The notes: generated by a model not told the origin, from the letters alone. 64,000 bases of DNA from an uncultured Candidatus Saccharibacteria bacterium (GCA_964593375.1 CAZQIF010000002.1:7197-71196); one strand, 5' to 3'; counted from the stretch's first letter, positions 17,003-27,431 are shown. Numbers and translations are program-made.

Positions 17003-17269
17003 CTAAGGTAACTGCTTCTCCCACTCGCCGAGTGACTTAAAAACCGTTACATGCTCACCTTTGCGAGCAGACTTGATAGCTCGAACAGATTCAACATTTG
17101 GTACATGAAGTGAAAATGGTATTCCCTGTTCCGCAACAATTTTTCGATAAAACACATTAATGGCCTCAGAGGAGGAGATGCCAAGCGTACGCAAAACACG
17201 CTCTGCTTGCGACTTAACTTTTGGTTCAATGCGCGCCCGTACGGTTGCTGTTTTTAAGTTTGTCTTCAT
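17003..17269 (-). CDS. dinJ: Type II antitoxin, RelB/DinJ family
   Basis: TATVRARIEPKVKSQAERVLRTLGISSSEAINVFYRKIVAEQGIPF..VPN; directly upstream of the toxin. Confidence 0.92.
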   Translation of the reverse strand: MKTNLKTATVRARIEPKVKSQAERVLRTLGISSSEAINVFYRKIVAEQGIPFSLHVPNVESVRAIKSARKGEHVTVFKSLGEWEKQLP

Positions 17270-17275
17270 ATTTCT

Positions 17276-17301
17276 AAATGTAGCACATATGTGCTACATT
17301 T
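17276..17301. promoter_or_regulatory. Perfect 26-bp palindromic operator of the dinJ-yafQ operon
   Basis: aaatgtagcacatatgtgctacattt, 6 bp upstream of the dinJ ATG. Confidence 0.75.
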
Positions 17302-17433
17302 GCAATTTTATTTGTGTGTATTACGCACAACCCCGGCGCACCCAGAGGGCGCCACGGGGCTGTCACCTCCACCACACACTCCCTACCCCCCCCTAAAACT
17401 CCCTAGGGGAACCCTAGGGAGTTTGACGATTCT

Positions 17434-17871
17434 CTATTTCACCAACTTATTTTTTCGGCGGTCATACATGAGATGCCCCGCTACAAAAAGTGCGGTGACT
17501 ATACCTAAGAAGTACATACCGAGTTGTGCCATGTGAATTTTGTCTATAGTACCTATACCTGAAGCATATACCGAAACGGCAATCACTCTGTTAATTGTTA
17601 TAAGAATAATTACTGGTGCAACGAAAATGAGCCACTTACGAAAGATATGTGAGGGAACAAAAAGTAGAGTAGCTAGAATAACAGCAAGGATCTTTCCTCC
17701 TGAATACATTGGATTAAATATCGCATCGTAAAAATTATAGTAACAATATACATCTTTTCCTTCGCACCAATTACTATAAGTTAAGTACATAAATAAAAGC
17801 ATAACAAAAACTAAAGCGAACAGAATTATATTAATGAGCTTATAGCCAGAAATTTTTTTAAAAATGTTCAT
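17434..17871 (-). CDS. Hypothetical 4-TM membrane protein, co-oriented downstream of the lipase
   Basis: Four hydrophobic segments, a Cys pair in the first loop, AT-rich; starts 10 bp after the lipase stop. Confidence 0.7.
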   Translation of the reverse strand: MNIFKKISGYKLINIILFALVFVMLLFMYLTYSNWCEGKDVYCYYNFYDAIFNPMYSGGKILAVILATLLFVPSHIFRKWLIFVAPVIILITINRVIAVSVYASGIGTIDKIHMAQLGMYFLGIVTALFVAGHLMYDRRKNKLVK

Positions 17872-17881
17872 GTTCTTTTTG

Positions 17882-20587
17882 TTAACCGTTTATAATACTT
17901 GTGATAATCCGCTCTAGTTTTTGATATTCCTCTTTTTTTATCTGTTTATGACTTTTATAAATCTCAAACATTGCAATAAGTTGTTTCAACATTACTTTTT
18001 CGACAATCTTAAGATTCGGGTATTTCGTTTTTTGCTTACCTGCCTGCTCAGCAAGTGCCACTAGGTTAGTAACTATTTTTCCCTGCGCCTTTGTAAGTCC
18101 AAGTGTTTTAATGACAAGACGCAAATCTGAATATGTATATCGTACCATTCCTCCATCTATGGTTGTTTCCCTATCAATAACACCATCGCCATTTAAGTCT
18201 GTCGTTATGGTAGTGAACGCTCCATCTTTTTTTGCATACATCGCAACCATATCTGGTGTAACTGTCGCATTTTGAAACTGATGCAGAATTGTCTGAGAAT
18301 TTGAGGTGCCTAGACGTGCAATAGTAAGCCCATATCCTCCAGTTGATTCTCCAAAAAGAGTTGTCTGATGCTCTGTGTCTTTAGGTATAACTAAGTATTT
18401 TGTATCTCCAAATTCAAAATATTGACTCATTGGAATATCTTCGATTATTTGCCGTTCATTGCCAACAATAATCACACCTGTTTGATTTCCCTGATTATCT
18501 TCTGCGAGCATGTGTACCGGTGAGTCAATAATTTCAATATCATACTCATCGCTGAAAGTAGTTTTACTCGTGGATATATAGTCGATATTTTCTGTCGAGG
18601 TTCCTAATTCGATTCTGGTTATTAAATCTTGAATCTGAGCAATTTCTGTCAGATTATAGTGTTTATATTTGCTTTTGGGGAAATCTTTTTTGATTTCACT
18701 TAAATCAACATAAAAAATATCCTTTTCCTTCTCGTATGCCGATGCCGACGTTTGAACCACCGTCTGATCTCCATACTTAGTAAGTTGTGCATAGGGCTTT
18801 AAGAATTTTCTTGGTGTACATATTGCTGGACCACCCGTAGAGACGCAGTCTTCTCCTTCAGTAATCGTTCGATACTCAATACCACGCATTGTCGGTAACC
18901 CAGTGCCAACAATCTCTATCACTTCAACACCATCAGGAGCAACCCAACTATCCAGTTTGTCTCGATGATTATCTAACGCTATCTGCAGTAGTGATTCGTT
19001 GGCTTTTGCTGGTACGGCAACGTCTCCACTTAATGTACGATTCGTATTATTCTCTGTACCAAGAAGAAATTGTTTGTAATCAGCAAATGAACTAATTGAA
19101 TTCCCATATTTCAAACGATATGAAGAAGTCTCTGAAGATTCTTCAAAAATAACAAGTGGTTCGCCATTGCTCACGAGATATTTTTCTGAAGGAAGGAGTC
19201 CATATGCCCCCGGCATATTATTGATTACCTCACGCGCAACATCAGCATCGGTAACCACTCCACCCAAACCATCACTTTGATCATATCCGTGCAATATCGT
19301 CCCAATTGCTTTTGGGGTACCGAGCTGTGGACTAGCTAAGAAAATCACTCGATCAACCAAATCATCTTTATCTGCCTCCTCAAGCTCAGTCAGAAGTGCT
19401 TTTGCAAGGAGACCACCATTTGAATGAGCAACAATGGTCACTTTCCCTGTATACGAACTACCGGATAATCGCGTCACCTCCTCGACGAGTGATTTGAGCT
19501 CATTTTCATACGGTGCTCCTGCTTCCACAATATCAAATACATCATACCGCCAATCGTAGGCAAACGAAGTGAACTCTTTCATTGGAACTGGGGCTGTTGT
19601 TAATTCTTCAAGAAAATCTAAAAAACCTCCATACACACTCCCGACCCCAAGACTTGAATCGATAACGTCACGCGTGTATATAACTTTTTCACTTAACCCG
19701 TCGGTTGACATTCTGAGGTCGCGTATATCTTGGCCAAAGTTCGCACTTGGTGGCCAGACTTGGTCTTCACTCCCCAATAAACCACCTTTGTACAACCGAC
19801 TCGCCTGAATCCCGGGAAGAAAAAGAATGTTTGAAACCCCCTGCGGCTCTGATGGTTCTGTAATAGTAAACGTAAGGGTAAATATGAACTCATTATAATC
19901 CGGTATGGTTTGTGCATGGGCGGTCGGAATAATATGTGCAAAGAGTTTATGCAGGAAACTCTCTTTGGTGAGTATGAGTTGGTACTCCTTTGAAACCAGC
20001 GTATATGTGCCAGCTCGTAACAATGGAAGTTGTGGGATAAAATTTTGGTCAACATAATCCGTATACTCAAAAAACAAGTTCAATGTTGCTTCGTCCATTT
20101 CCCAAGAAAGCTTTCTGTCTATAATTGCTGCAATAAATGGCTCAATATCAGTTCCTGCAGTAAAAAATTCTTCTGCCAATGCACGGTAATCAGTTTCTTT
20201 GGGCTCGGATAGGGTCGTATCAACATATCGGTAGTCATCGCCATCATGCAGAAAGAAGAGATGGTTCACGCCCGAGAGGTACGGTCTTCCATCCACTTCA
20301 TAATTTTGAGTCCCGTCTTCTGAAACTTGAATGGTATCACTATCATGAACGGCAACATCATTAATTTTGAGTGTGTACGGTGAATCGACATTTATCGTCG
20401 TGTCGAAAGGATTATTGCAGTCTTGAATGGGTGAAGTTTGAAGTGATGAACTAACATCAAACCAGTTTTCTGGTGCAATAATATTTCCGCACCCTGCTTG
20501 TGCAAAAGTAATAGCTGGTAGAAAAAAATAAAAACCGCACATGATGAGTAGTGCAGTAAGACCCATATAAACAGTTTTCATGCACAT
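17882..20587 (-). CDS. Secreted alpha/beta hydrolase, LCAT/PGAP1-like lipase/acyltransferase
   Basis: Signal peptide ..ITFAQ; ILFLPGIQASRL, FAYDWR, nucleophile elbow VAHSNGGL, ASPQLGTPKA, GDQTV, HYNL; C-terminal DLNGDGVID Ca-binding-like motif. Confidence 0.85.
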   Translation of the reverse strand: MCMKTVYMGLTALLIMCGFYFFLPAITFAQAGCGNIIAPENWFDVSSSLQTSPIQDCNNPFDTTINVDSPYTLKINDVAVHDSDTIQVSEDGTQNYEVDGRPYLSGVNHLFFLHDGDDYRYVDTTLSEPKETDYRALAEEFFTAGTDIEPFIAAIIDRKLSWEMDEATLNLFFEYTDYVDQNFIPQLPLLRAGTYTLVSKEYQLILTKESFLHKLFAHIIPTAHAQTIPDYNEFIFTLTFTITEPSEPQGVSNILFLPGIQASRLYKGGLLGSEDQVWPPSANFGQDIRDLRMSTDGLSEKVIYTRDVIDSSLGVGSVYGGFLDFLEELTTAPVPMKEFTSFAYDWRYDVFDIVEAGAPYENELKSLVEEVTRLSGSSYTGKVTIVAHSNGGLLAKALLTELEEADKDDLVDRVIFLASPQLGTPKAIGTILHGYDQSDGLGGVVTDADVAREVINNMPGAYGLLPSEKYLVSNGEPLVIFEESSETSSYRLKYGNSISSFADYKQFLLGTENNTNRTLSGDVAVPAKANESLLQIALDNHRDKLDSWVAPDGVEVIEIVGTGLPTMRGIEYRTITEGEDCVSTGGPAICTPRKFLKPYAQLTKYGDQTVVQTSASAYEKEKDIFYVDLSEIKKDFPKSKYKHYNLTEIAQIQDLITRIELGTSTENIDYISTSKTTFSDEYDIEIIDSPVHMLAEDNQGNQTGVIIVGNERQIIEDIPMSQYFEFGDTKYLVIPKDTEHQTTLFGESTGGYGLTIARLGTSNSQTILHQFQNATVTPDMVAMYAKKDGAFTTITTDLNGDGVIDRETTIDGGMVRYTYSDLRLVIKTLGLTKAQGKIVTNLVALAEQAGKQKTKYPNLKIVEKVMLKQLIAMFEIYKSHKQIKKEEYQKLERIITSIING

Positions 20588-20656
20588 ACAATATCGAATT
20601 CTCCCAACAAATTCAGTAACTATATGTGCACAACAATATAATTGTTCAATTTACGA

Positions 20657-21367
20657 TTATGTATTCAAAATTATCTTTTTTGTTTTTTCAGTGTCAAACA
20701 TTTCTTCAGTCTCATTTATTTTTTCGATATCCTCTTCATGTGATGCTCCTACCTGCACCTCAAGTACATCAATTGCATGTTCTTCCGCTTCGAGGGTATG
20801 CCACACCCCTGGAAGATTTACCCTAACCTCACCTGTCGGCATAAAGAAAAACTCACTCCGTGTATTGTGACGTTGTAGCGAGAGACTCTTCCCTACTTCC
20901 ACATGAAGCATTTTTACTTTGAGATTCGGCATATCGAGCACAACATCATAGTAGCCCCAGCGGGTCACAACACGTTGCTTCCCATTAATTGCAGAGCTCG
21001 AACTGTATTTGCCTCCACCGAGCTCGAACACTGGCAGAATACCCAACTCATTACACACCGAAAGCTCTGGCGTATTCCCTTTCCCCCTATCTCCACCATT
21101 GCCAAAATAATCTGGTTTGATGCGACGAAGTGCTTCACACACGGTTCCGTCTGTATCATCAACTGCGTGCACGTGTGGTGTGTACGCTTCGAGTATTTTC
21201 TTTCGGTCGTTCCATGGTTGAAAATAGAACCCTTTCTTCCTAATAAGCCAGGCGTCACTGTTTGCGATAATATGCACCTCGCCATACTTCCCCGCTTCTT
21301 CAATCATCGCAATGTGTCCCGGATGGAGTGGGTCAAAACCTCCTGAAATAGCGATTCGTTTTTTCAT
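20657..21367 (-). CDS. Cytidylyltransferase-like (RfaE-II/TagD, HxGH) domain fused to a mannose-6-phosphate isomerase cupin
   Basis: ISGGFDPLHPGH..FGNGGDR..YSSS followed by RWGYYDVV..VKMLHVEVGKSLSLQRHNTRSEF..GVWHTL..VLEVQVG..EEDI. Confidence 0.8.
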   Translation of the reverse strand: MKKRIAISGGFDPLHPGHIAMIEEAGKYGEVHIIANSDAWLIRKKGFYFQPWNDRKKILEAYTPHVHAVDDTDGTVCEALRRIKPDYFGNGGDRGKGNTPELSVCNELGILPVFELGGGKYSSSSAINGKQRVVTRWGYYDVVLDMPNLKVKMLHVEVGKSLSLQRHNTRSEFFFMPTGEVRVNLPGVWHTLEAEEHAIDVLEVQVGASHEEDIEKINETEEMFDTEKTKKIILNT

Positions 21368-21448
21368 ACATATATGGAACACCATATTCATTCAGAAGGT
21401 GACAAAAGAAAGAGCTGGTTTCCCGACCCTTTTCAAAATTTCTGCTCC

Positions 21449-22048
21449 TTACCCTTTTGTATCTTCAAGAGCAAAGCTTTTGTCGAGAATTTCACACAAA
21501 ATATGAATAAGGAGAATATGACACTCCTGAATTCGTGGGGTTTCAAATGAAGGAACAATAATTTGCTCATGACACAAACCGAGTTCAGAAAGCTTTCCTC
21601 CATTTTTTCCCAAGAGTCCAAAAACTCGCATCCCTTTATCTCGTGCAGCCTGCGCTGCAAGAATCAAGTTCTCTGAATTTCCACTTGTTGAAATTACAAA
21701 AAGGGCATCCCCCGCAACCCCGTGTGCCTCAACCTGCCTTGCGAAAGCTGTCTCGAAAGAATGGTCATTTCCCCAGGCAGTGAGCGCCGACGTATCGGAA
21801 TGGAGAGCGAGTGCTGGACGCGCCTTACGTTTCAACATGAATTGACATGTTATTTCTGCAGCAAAATGTTGTGCATCTGCTGCACTTCCACCATTACCTG
21901 CAATGAGAAGCTTTCCTTGTTTGCGATATACAGAAATAAGCTCTTCTGCAATTCTTTCGATTGCACGTATTTGATTTATGTCGCCCACAACAAGTTTCTT
22001 TGTGCGTATTGAATCTTCAAATGCAGTTTTGATAGCGTCTTCAGACAT
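21449..22048 (-). CDS. gmhA: Phosphoheptose (sedoheptulose-7-phosphate) isomerase
   Basis: AGNGGSAADAQHFAAE, TAWGND, FARQVEA, ISTSGNSEN, TPRIQECHILLIHILCE. Confidence 0.93.
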   Translation of the reverse strand: MSEDAIKTAFEDSIRTKKLVVGDINQIRAIERIAEELISVYRKQGKLLIAGNGGSAADAQHFAAEITCQFMLKRKARPALALHSDTSALTAWGNDHSFETAFARQVEAHGVAGDALFVISTSGNSENLILAAQAARDKGMRVFGLLGKNGGKLSELGLCHEQIIVPSFETPRIQECHILLIHILCEILDKSFALEDTKG

Positions 22049-22250
22049 AAATCCTCCATTAATAAGAGTTCATTTGATATAACGTATACAAAAGCTAAAT
22101 AGTTTAGTTATTAATTATGTCCTTCCCAAATTGAATAATGGGTTGTAATTGGGAGACCTTTATAATATTAGTCATATTTACAGATATTCAGTTGAAAATA
22201 AATGCTATTATTTACGCATCATAATTACTCCAAATCTTTTTTAAATAGCA

Positions 22251-23516
22251 ATGAAAATACTTGAAACAATACGATACGAATATGCAAAAAAGAAACAATC
22301 CTTGAGTCATTTGTCCTTTTTTTCACTCGGAACTCTCATAATGACTTTCGGTGGATTTATATCCGTGGTAATTCTCGCTAATAACTTGAGCGTAAATGAT
22401 TACGGTAATTATAAATATGTTTTTTCAATGATCGGAATATTAGGCGCACTAAGTTTCACTGGTGGTTTTCGAAATACCGTCATACAGTCAACGGCAAAAG
22501 GCATGGATGGGATTGTGAGATATCTGTTCAAAATGAATCTCTCCCTTAGTTTTCCAATGTTACTGGGAGGAGTTGTTGTCGGATGCTATTACTTAATTAA
22601 CAATAATGAATTTCTTGGCTATTCAATAATAATTGCAACCACCTGTTCAGTAATTGGAAATAACGGGATTATTGCCTACGGCTACCTAAACGGAAGAAAA
22701 CTTTATGGACAATTACTCAAACTTCAATCAATTCAGAGCATCATTAATATATTGGTACTTTTTACGATTACTTTATTAACGAAAAATTTACTTATTATTA
22801 TAGCTACGAGTGTTATATCAACTGCTGGGATTTTAACTGCGTTTTACTACTACGTCGAAAAGAAGTTGCTTCGCAACAAAGAGACAGACACCTCGATTAT
22901 TAAGTATGGGAAACATCTAAACATATTGAGTGTAATCACTACTGTTATGATGAATATAGACAGTATTCTCATATTTAAAATAATCGGTTCACAAGGATTG
23001 GCTCTATATGCCCTAGCTACACCCTTTGTAGATCGAATAATCGGCTTTCTCAAGGGAACTTATTTCTTTGCTCTTCCAAAATTTACCGAACAAGGACACA
23101 CAAGTGCTCGTGTACACCTTTATAAACGAAGTCTGATTGGTCTATTTCTCGGGACTGCTGTCTTTGGCGTTTATTATCTTGCATCACCAATACTTTTTAA
23201 AATATTTTTTCCTAACTATCTTGAGGCAATCAATCTATCCAGACTGTTTGCCCTTAACATTCCAGTTATTGCACTTTCAATTTTGTCTGATGCCTTTCTC
23301 GACTCACTTGCTGAAATTAAATATAAATACATAGTCAAAGCTACAACTACTTCTTTTCGTATTGTCTTAATGCTTCTTCTCATCTTTCCATTCGGGATAG
23401 CAGGGGTTATTTGGTCAGAGCTGTTAGCACGCCTTGCGGGTACAGTTGCGACTGTTATTCTTATTGAACGTTATATGAAGAGTAATAAGATCCCACCAGT
23501 TTCTAATCCTGTATAA
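22251..23516 (+). CDS. wzx: Oligosaccharide flippase (Wzx/MOP family)
   Basis: About 12 TM segments; LANNLSVNDYGNYKYVFS, NIDSILIFKIIGSQGLALYALA, FGIAGVIWS. Confidence 0.8.
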   Translation: MKILETIRYEYAKKKQSLSHLSFFSLGTLIMTFGGFISVVILANNLSVNDYGNYKYVFSMIGILGALSFTGGFRNTVIQSTAKGMDGIVRYLFKMNLSLSFPMLLGGVVVGCYYLINNNEFLGYSIIIATTCSVIGNNGIIAYGYLNGRKLYGQLLKLQSIQSIINILVLFTITLLTKNLLIIIATSVISTAGILTAFYYYVEKKLLRNKETDTSIIKYGKHLNILSVITTVMMNIDSILIFKIIGSQGLALYALATPFVDRIIGFLKGTYFFALPKFTEQGHTSARVHLYKRSLIGLFLGTAVFGVYYLASPILFKIFFPNYLEAINLSRLFALNIPVIALSILSDAFLDSLAEIKYKYIVKATTTSFRIVLMLLLIFPFGIAGVIWSELLARLAGTVATVILIERYMKSNKIPPVSNPV

Positions 23517-23545
23517 AAAAGTGGCACACCCGAAGGCGTGCCACT
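23515..23545 (-). terminator. Intrinsic terminator of the neuB-like gene
   Basis: agtggcac/gtgccact stem followed by a U-tract on the minus strand. Confidence 0.7.
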
Positions 23546-23565
23546 CGAACCATCTTACAACTGCA

Positions 23566-24630
23566 TCAGAAGTCCTTAACCCGACGCAATTTTTCCATCA
23601 CAGAAACTTCCCGCGGGAGCACTTGCTTTGAATTCGTGCCCATAAGTGTCGGTACACGAACCATCTCCTCGGCTGAAGCCCATTCCTCTGGCGGAAGATG
23701 TCGCTGTGTTCCTCTCTTTGTTTCAATACGGCGGATGTCATCAACCAACATCCCAAACGTACTGGGCGTGATACTTGCCTTCTGATCGCTACCTGGCAAA
23801 TTCTGGTCCAGTGTGATGTGTCGTTCAACAACAACTGCACCGAGAGAGACTGCGAGCTTGGAAGCAAGTATGTCGCTCTCGTGACCACTGTATCCAATCG
23901 GAATACCATGGAACTCGTTCTTGAGTGCTTCGATGACAGCCATGTTTGCTTCTGCATCCGCACTCGGATAGGTCGCCACACAATGAAGGAGGATCAACCG
24001 TTCACGCCCGAGAACATGTACTGCCTTCCTGATTTGTTCCAGCGTTGAACCACCAGTCGAAAGGATTACCGGCCGTCCACAACGACGCACACGACGTAGA
24101 AGGTCTTCATGCGTGAGACAAGCCGAAGCAATCTTGTGAAAGTCGGGCTGAAACCCGTCAATCTCAAAGACGCTAATACCATCCCATGCACTTACCCCCC
24201 ACGCAACACCTTCCTCTTCGCAGCACTGCCGAATCATGTCCCATTCTTTCGGGCCGAATTCGAGAGAGTACTTCAAGTCGCTGTTGTACGTTGGCACGTC
24301 AGTTCCTTGGAGCCATCCTTCAAGGCGTTCCCGCTGACCCTCTTCCGGAAAAACAGGGCGAACCACACCTTCGATAACAGAACGCTTGAGAGCATTCTCA
24401 ACGAAACTCCGGTCAAACTTGCGAGACGTCCGAAGATCACCCTCAGAATAGACGATGGGTACATCGCGCTTCTGAAACTTCACCGCGTTCGCTCCCGCAT
24501 CTGCAGCTGCCCGAATGAGCTCGCATGCCATTTCAATCGAACCGTTGTGGTTAATGCCCACTTCAGCGATTGTGAAACACGGCGCTCCTTCGCCAATACT
24601 TGAATGACCTACCTGAACTTGTGCCATCAT
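23566..24630 (-). CDS. neuB: N-acetylneuraminate/nonulosonate synthase family (NeuB/SpsE), no SAF domain
   Basis: IAEVGINHNGS, GANAVKFQKR, KIASA, ILSTG, LLHCVATYP, GYSGHE, VERHITLD..GSDQKAS; SD gaggag. Confidence 0.88.
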   Translation of the reverse strand: MMAQVQVGHSSIGEGAPCFTIAEVGINHNGSIEMACELIRAAADAGANAVKFQKRDVPIVYSEGDLRTSRKFDRSFVENALKRSVIEGVVRPVFPEEGQRERLEGWLQGTDVPTYNSDLKYSLEFGPKEWDMIRQCCEEEGVAWGVSAWDGISVFEIDGFQPDFHKIASACLTHEDLLRRVRRCGRPVILSTGGSTLEQIRKAVHVLGRERLILLHCVATYPSADAEANMAVIEALKNEFHGIPIGYSGHESDILASKLAVSLGAVVVERHITLDQNLPGSDQKASITPSTFGMLVDDIRRIETKRGTQRHLPPEEWASAEEMVRVPTLMGTNSKQVLPREVSVMEKLRRVKDF

Positions 24631-24795
24631 AATCTCCTCTTTGTGATTATGGCGGAGTAGATACTATCACCCGCCGTGAATAAGGGCAAACCTAGGGTTT
24701 ACGACCTTTTTGAGTATTTATTGCCATCAAATACTCCCCTCTGCATATTAAAAACACCCACACCAGGGGTAAAGTTTCAAAAAACATTCTCTTTA

Positions 24796-25311
24796 TTAAT
24801 ACACAATTGGAAGTCCTTTCGCGTCAAGAATCAAATCACAAAGTTCTCGGAGTGCATGGTCACCACCATTTCGAGTAAGTACTATATCGGCAACATTCTT
24901 TACTTCCTCATGTCCATCGGCAACTGTTACACCTATACCAGCATGCAAGATTGCATCAATGTCGTTTACATCATCACCAATAAAAACTACGTTCTCTATT
25001 GAAACTTTTTCTCGTTCTATGAGTGACGCAAGTATTTCTTTTTTTCCCACTCCACTTTCAATACCTTGGTAACATTCAATATCAAGTTTTTTGCATCGCG
25101 CGAGTACGACAGGATTTTTTTCTTTCGATATGACAAATAATTTGACTCCTGCTCGCTTGAGCATATTGAGTCCCAAACTGTCTCTTCGACTACATCGTAC
25201 ACTTTCGTGACCTTCATCACTAACATATACAAAACCATCTGTATGAACGCCATCGAAATCCATCACCAAGAGCGACGTATTCTTCAGTTGTTGAATTGGA
25301 TCTCTTGGCAT
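24796..25311 (-). CDS. kdsC: KdsC/YrbI-type HAD phosphatase (KDO-8-P / KDN-9-P phosphatase family)
   Basis: MDFDGVHTDG, SRRDSLG, FIGDDVND, GGDHALRELCDLIL. Confidence 0.88.
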   Translation of the reverse strand: MPRDPIQQLKNTSLLVMDFDGVHTDGFVYVSDEGHESVRCSRRDSLGLNMLKRAGVKLFVISKEKNPVVLARCKKLDIECYQGIESGVGKKEILASLIEREKVSIENVVFIGDDVNDIDAILHAGIGVTVADGHEEVKNVADIVLTRNGGDHALRELCDLILDAKGLPIVY

Positions 25312-25317
25312 AAACGC

Positions 25318-26277
25318 CTATATTTTGTAAAGAAATGCATTAAAAACTCGTTTTGAGGTATAAAGCAAATCATGCATATAATCTAAGTCAGTCTCTTTTG
25401 TGAGGCCTGTTGGTTCACCAGACAAGCCGATCTTTTTATTTAAGTACTTCAATACTGAACTCAGTTCAGATTTTGGATTAACTGTAACGACCACTTTATT
25501 ATAATTAAATTGTTTGAGGAGTTGAATTATTTTTTCCTTTTGTTCTCCACTTAAGAACATGGGGTGAAATTCAATCAATAGAGTAGCCCCTGCAGCAAGA
25601 GTTTTTTGCATACCTTCGAGTATAGATATCTCAAATCCTTCAACATCCATTCGCAAAAAATCAGGAGTCTTTCCAATCACTTTTTCAACAAAGGAATCTA
25701 CGGTGGTCATTGGTACTTTTTCAATTCCAATGACACCACCTTTCGCATCAGAAGGTAATTCTGTTAACGAGGACAGGTTCTTCTTTGAACGAATATAAAT
25801 GGAAATTTCTTTTTCCATATCGCCCATAGCCATTTGATATGTCTTCACATTATTCATTCCGTTCAGTTCAACATTTTTCTGTAGCAGCTTATGATTAGAG
25901 CTAACTGGTTCAACGGCATAGACTATTCCTGTACTACCGACTAAATTTGACTCGGGTAACGCATAATACCCAATATTTCCACCAATATCCAAAACAGTGT
26001 CACCTTTTTTAACAGTGTCCGAACCAAACAAATAGTTCACAGTGTACCGTTCTCTTACTCCGTGAATGATGAGCTCCTTCGACAAGCCATCATCATTCTT
26101 AAGGTTTAAATACATTTTTACGCCATTTATCTTAAGAATTTCGTAACCAAAAATATATTTTCTGAAAAGATAATATGGGTATTTAAGATTGTTTGGAATA
26201 ATTCTTATGAGCATTCTGTAAAAAAAATCCCTAATCCCATACTCTTTTACTTTCTTAAGGATAGATGTGATATTCAT
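25318..26277 (-). CDS. FkbM family methyltransferase
   Basis: VLDIGGNIGYY, VYAVEP, RMDVEGFE, LLIEFHP. Confidence 0.88.
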   Translation of the reverse strand: MNITSILKKVKEYGIRDFFYRMLIRIIPNNLKYPYYLFRKYIFGYEILKINGVKMYLNLKNDDGLSKELIIHGVRERYTVNYLFGSDTVKKGDTVLDIGGNIGYYALPESNLVGSTGIVYAVEPVSSNHKLLQKNVELNGMNNVKTYQMAMGDMEKEISIYIRSKKNLSSLTELPSDAKGGVIGIEKVPMTTVDSFVEKVIGKTPDFLRMDVEGFEISILEGMQKTLAAGATLLIEFHPMFLSGEQKEKIIQLLKQFNYNKVVVTVNPKSELSSVLKYLNKKIGLSGEPTGLTKETDLDYMHDLLYTSKRVFNAFLYKI

Positions 26278-26483
26278 AAATTGTGGTAATAAATAATGTA
26301 TTTAATCAAGCCTGTGCATAGTACGTTTCTTTAGCACCCATTGCAATACAACATATTATCATGGTTATAAGTTACACTTTGTTACATATTATCTTTACCA
26401 AGATAAATCAAAACCGGAGACGCTAAAGAATTCCTTCAAAGAGACCAGTGAGTTAAGAGAGGTTAAAAGAGAGTTTTTTGAAC

Positions 26484-27431
26484 TTATTTGTCAAAACTTT
26501 CCCCTTTTTTCTTAAAGTATAAGTTATTGCCAAACTTCTGACCGTAAATAAACTTGATAAGCTCCTGAAGATAATGCAAATTTTGTGTTTTTGTGATTCC
26601 TTTAAGAAACTTCTTAATCACATACTTTGTGGCTATGGGTTCGAGTCCGGCTCGTTCGCCTAATTTAGTAATTGATTTGTTGGTAAATACATTGATGTGC
26701 TCCAGAGGGTCAATAATTTTTGGTACTTTTTCATCTCCCTTGTAGTTTTGTATCAGTTTTTTATTTATACTCTCTCTTGTTCCATAGGGGATAGAAATGT
26801 TTACTATTCCGTTTGGCTTAAGCAATTTAACAATTTCTTGAACATAAGCAATAGGCTCACTAACATGCTCAAATACGGCTTCGGAAAAAATGAAGTCAAA
26901 TTTCTGATTCCCAGGTAATTCAGATATCTGTGAAAATACTCTCAGTCCATTATCTATGGAATAGTCTATTCTTTCTTTTTTAACTTCTATTCCATAAACA
27001 TTGTACCCGTATGCCTTCGCAAGTAATAACCAGTGCCCAAAGCCTGATCCGAATTCCAGAACATCAACCTTATTTGGTGCTATCGGAAGTAAAACTGATA
27101 TTCTTTCAACGTCACGCGCTTTCCCTCTGTAGTACGAAGTACCGCCCAAATTCTGCCTGGTAGGTATCTTAGTTGCATTCTTCTCTCGATATAGATATTT
27201 CCAGTAAAATTCATCAGAAGGAATGTGGGTTTGATAATAAAAATTACAGTTGTTACAGTATGCAATTTCAAACGGAACTTCATTGAAATCTTCTTTATTA
27301 AACTCACCGTATCTTTCACTTATAAGACCGAATAGCTGAGGACTTGTGTATTTATAAGAAAAAATTATCTGCGAGTTCTCTCTTGACTCACATAAAAAAC
27401 ATTTGTCCCGATATAAAAAATTATTACTCAT
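26484..27431 (-). CDS. Class I SAM-dependent methyltransferase with N-terminal Zn-ribbon
   Basis: CFLC..CNNC, VLEFGSGFG, FDFIFSEAVFEHV, PLEHINVF. Confidence 0.85.
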   Translation of the reverse strand: MSNNFLYRDKCFLCESRENSQIIFSYKYTSPQLFGLISERYGEFNKEDFNEVPFEIAYCNNCNFYYQTHIPSDEFYWKYLYREKNATKIPTRQNLGGTSYYRGKARDVERISVLLPIAPNKVDVLEFGSGFGHWLLLAKAYGYNVYGIEVKKERIDYSIDNGLRVFSQISELPGNQKFDFIFSEAVFEHVSEPIAYVQEIVKLLKPNGIVNISIPYGTRESINKKLIQNYKGDEKVPKIIDPLEHINVFTNKSITKLGERAGLEPIATKYVIKKFLKGITKTQNLHYLQELIKFIYGQKFGNNLYFKKKGESFDK

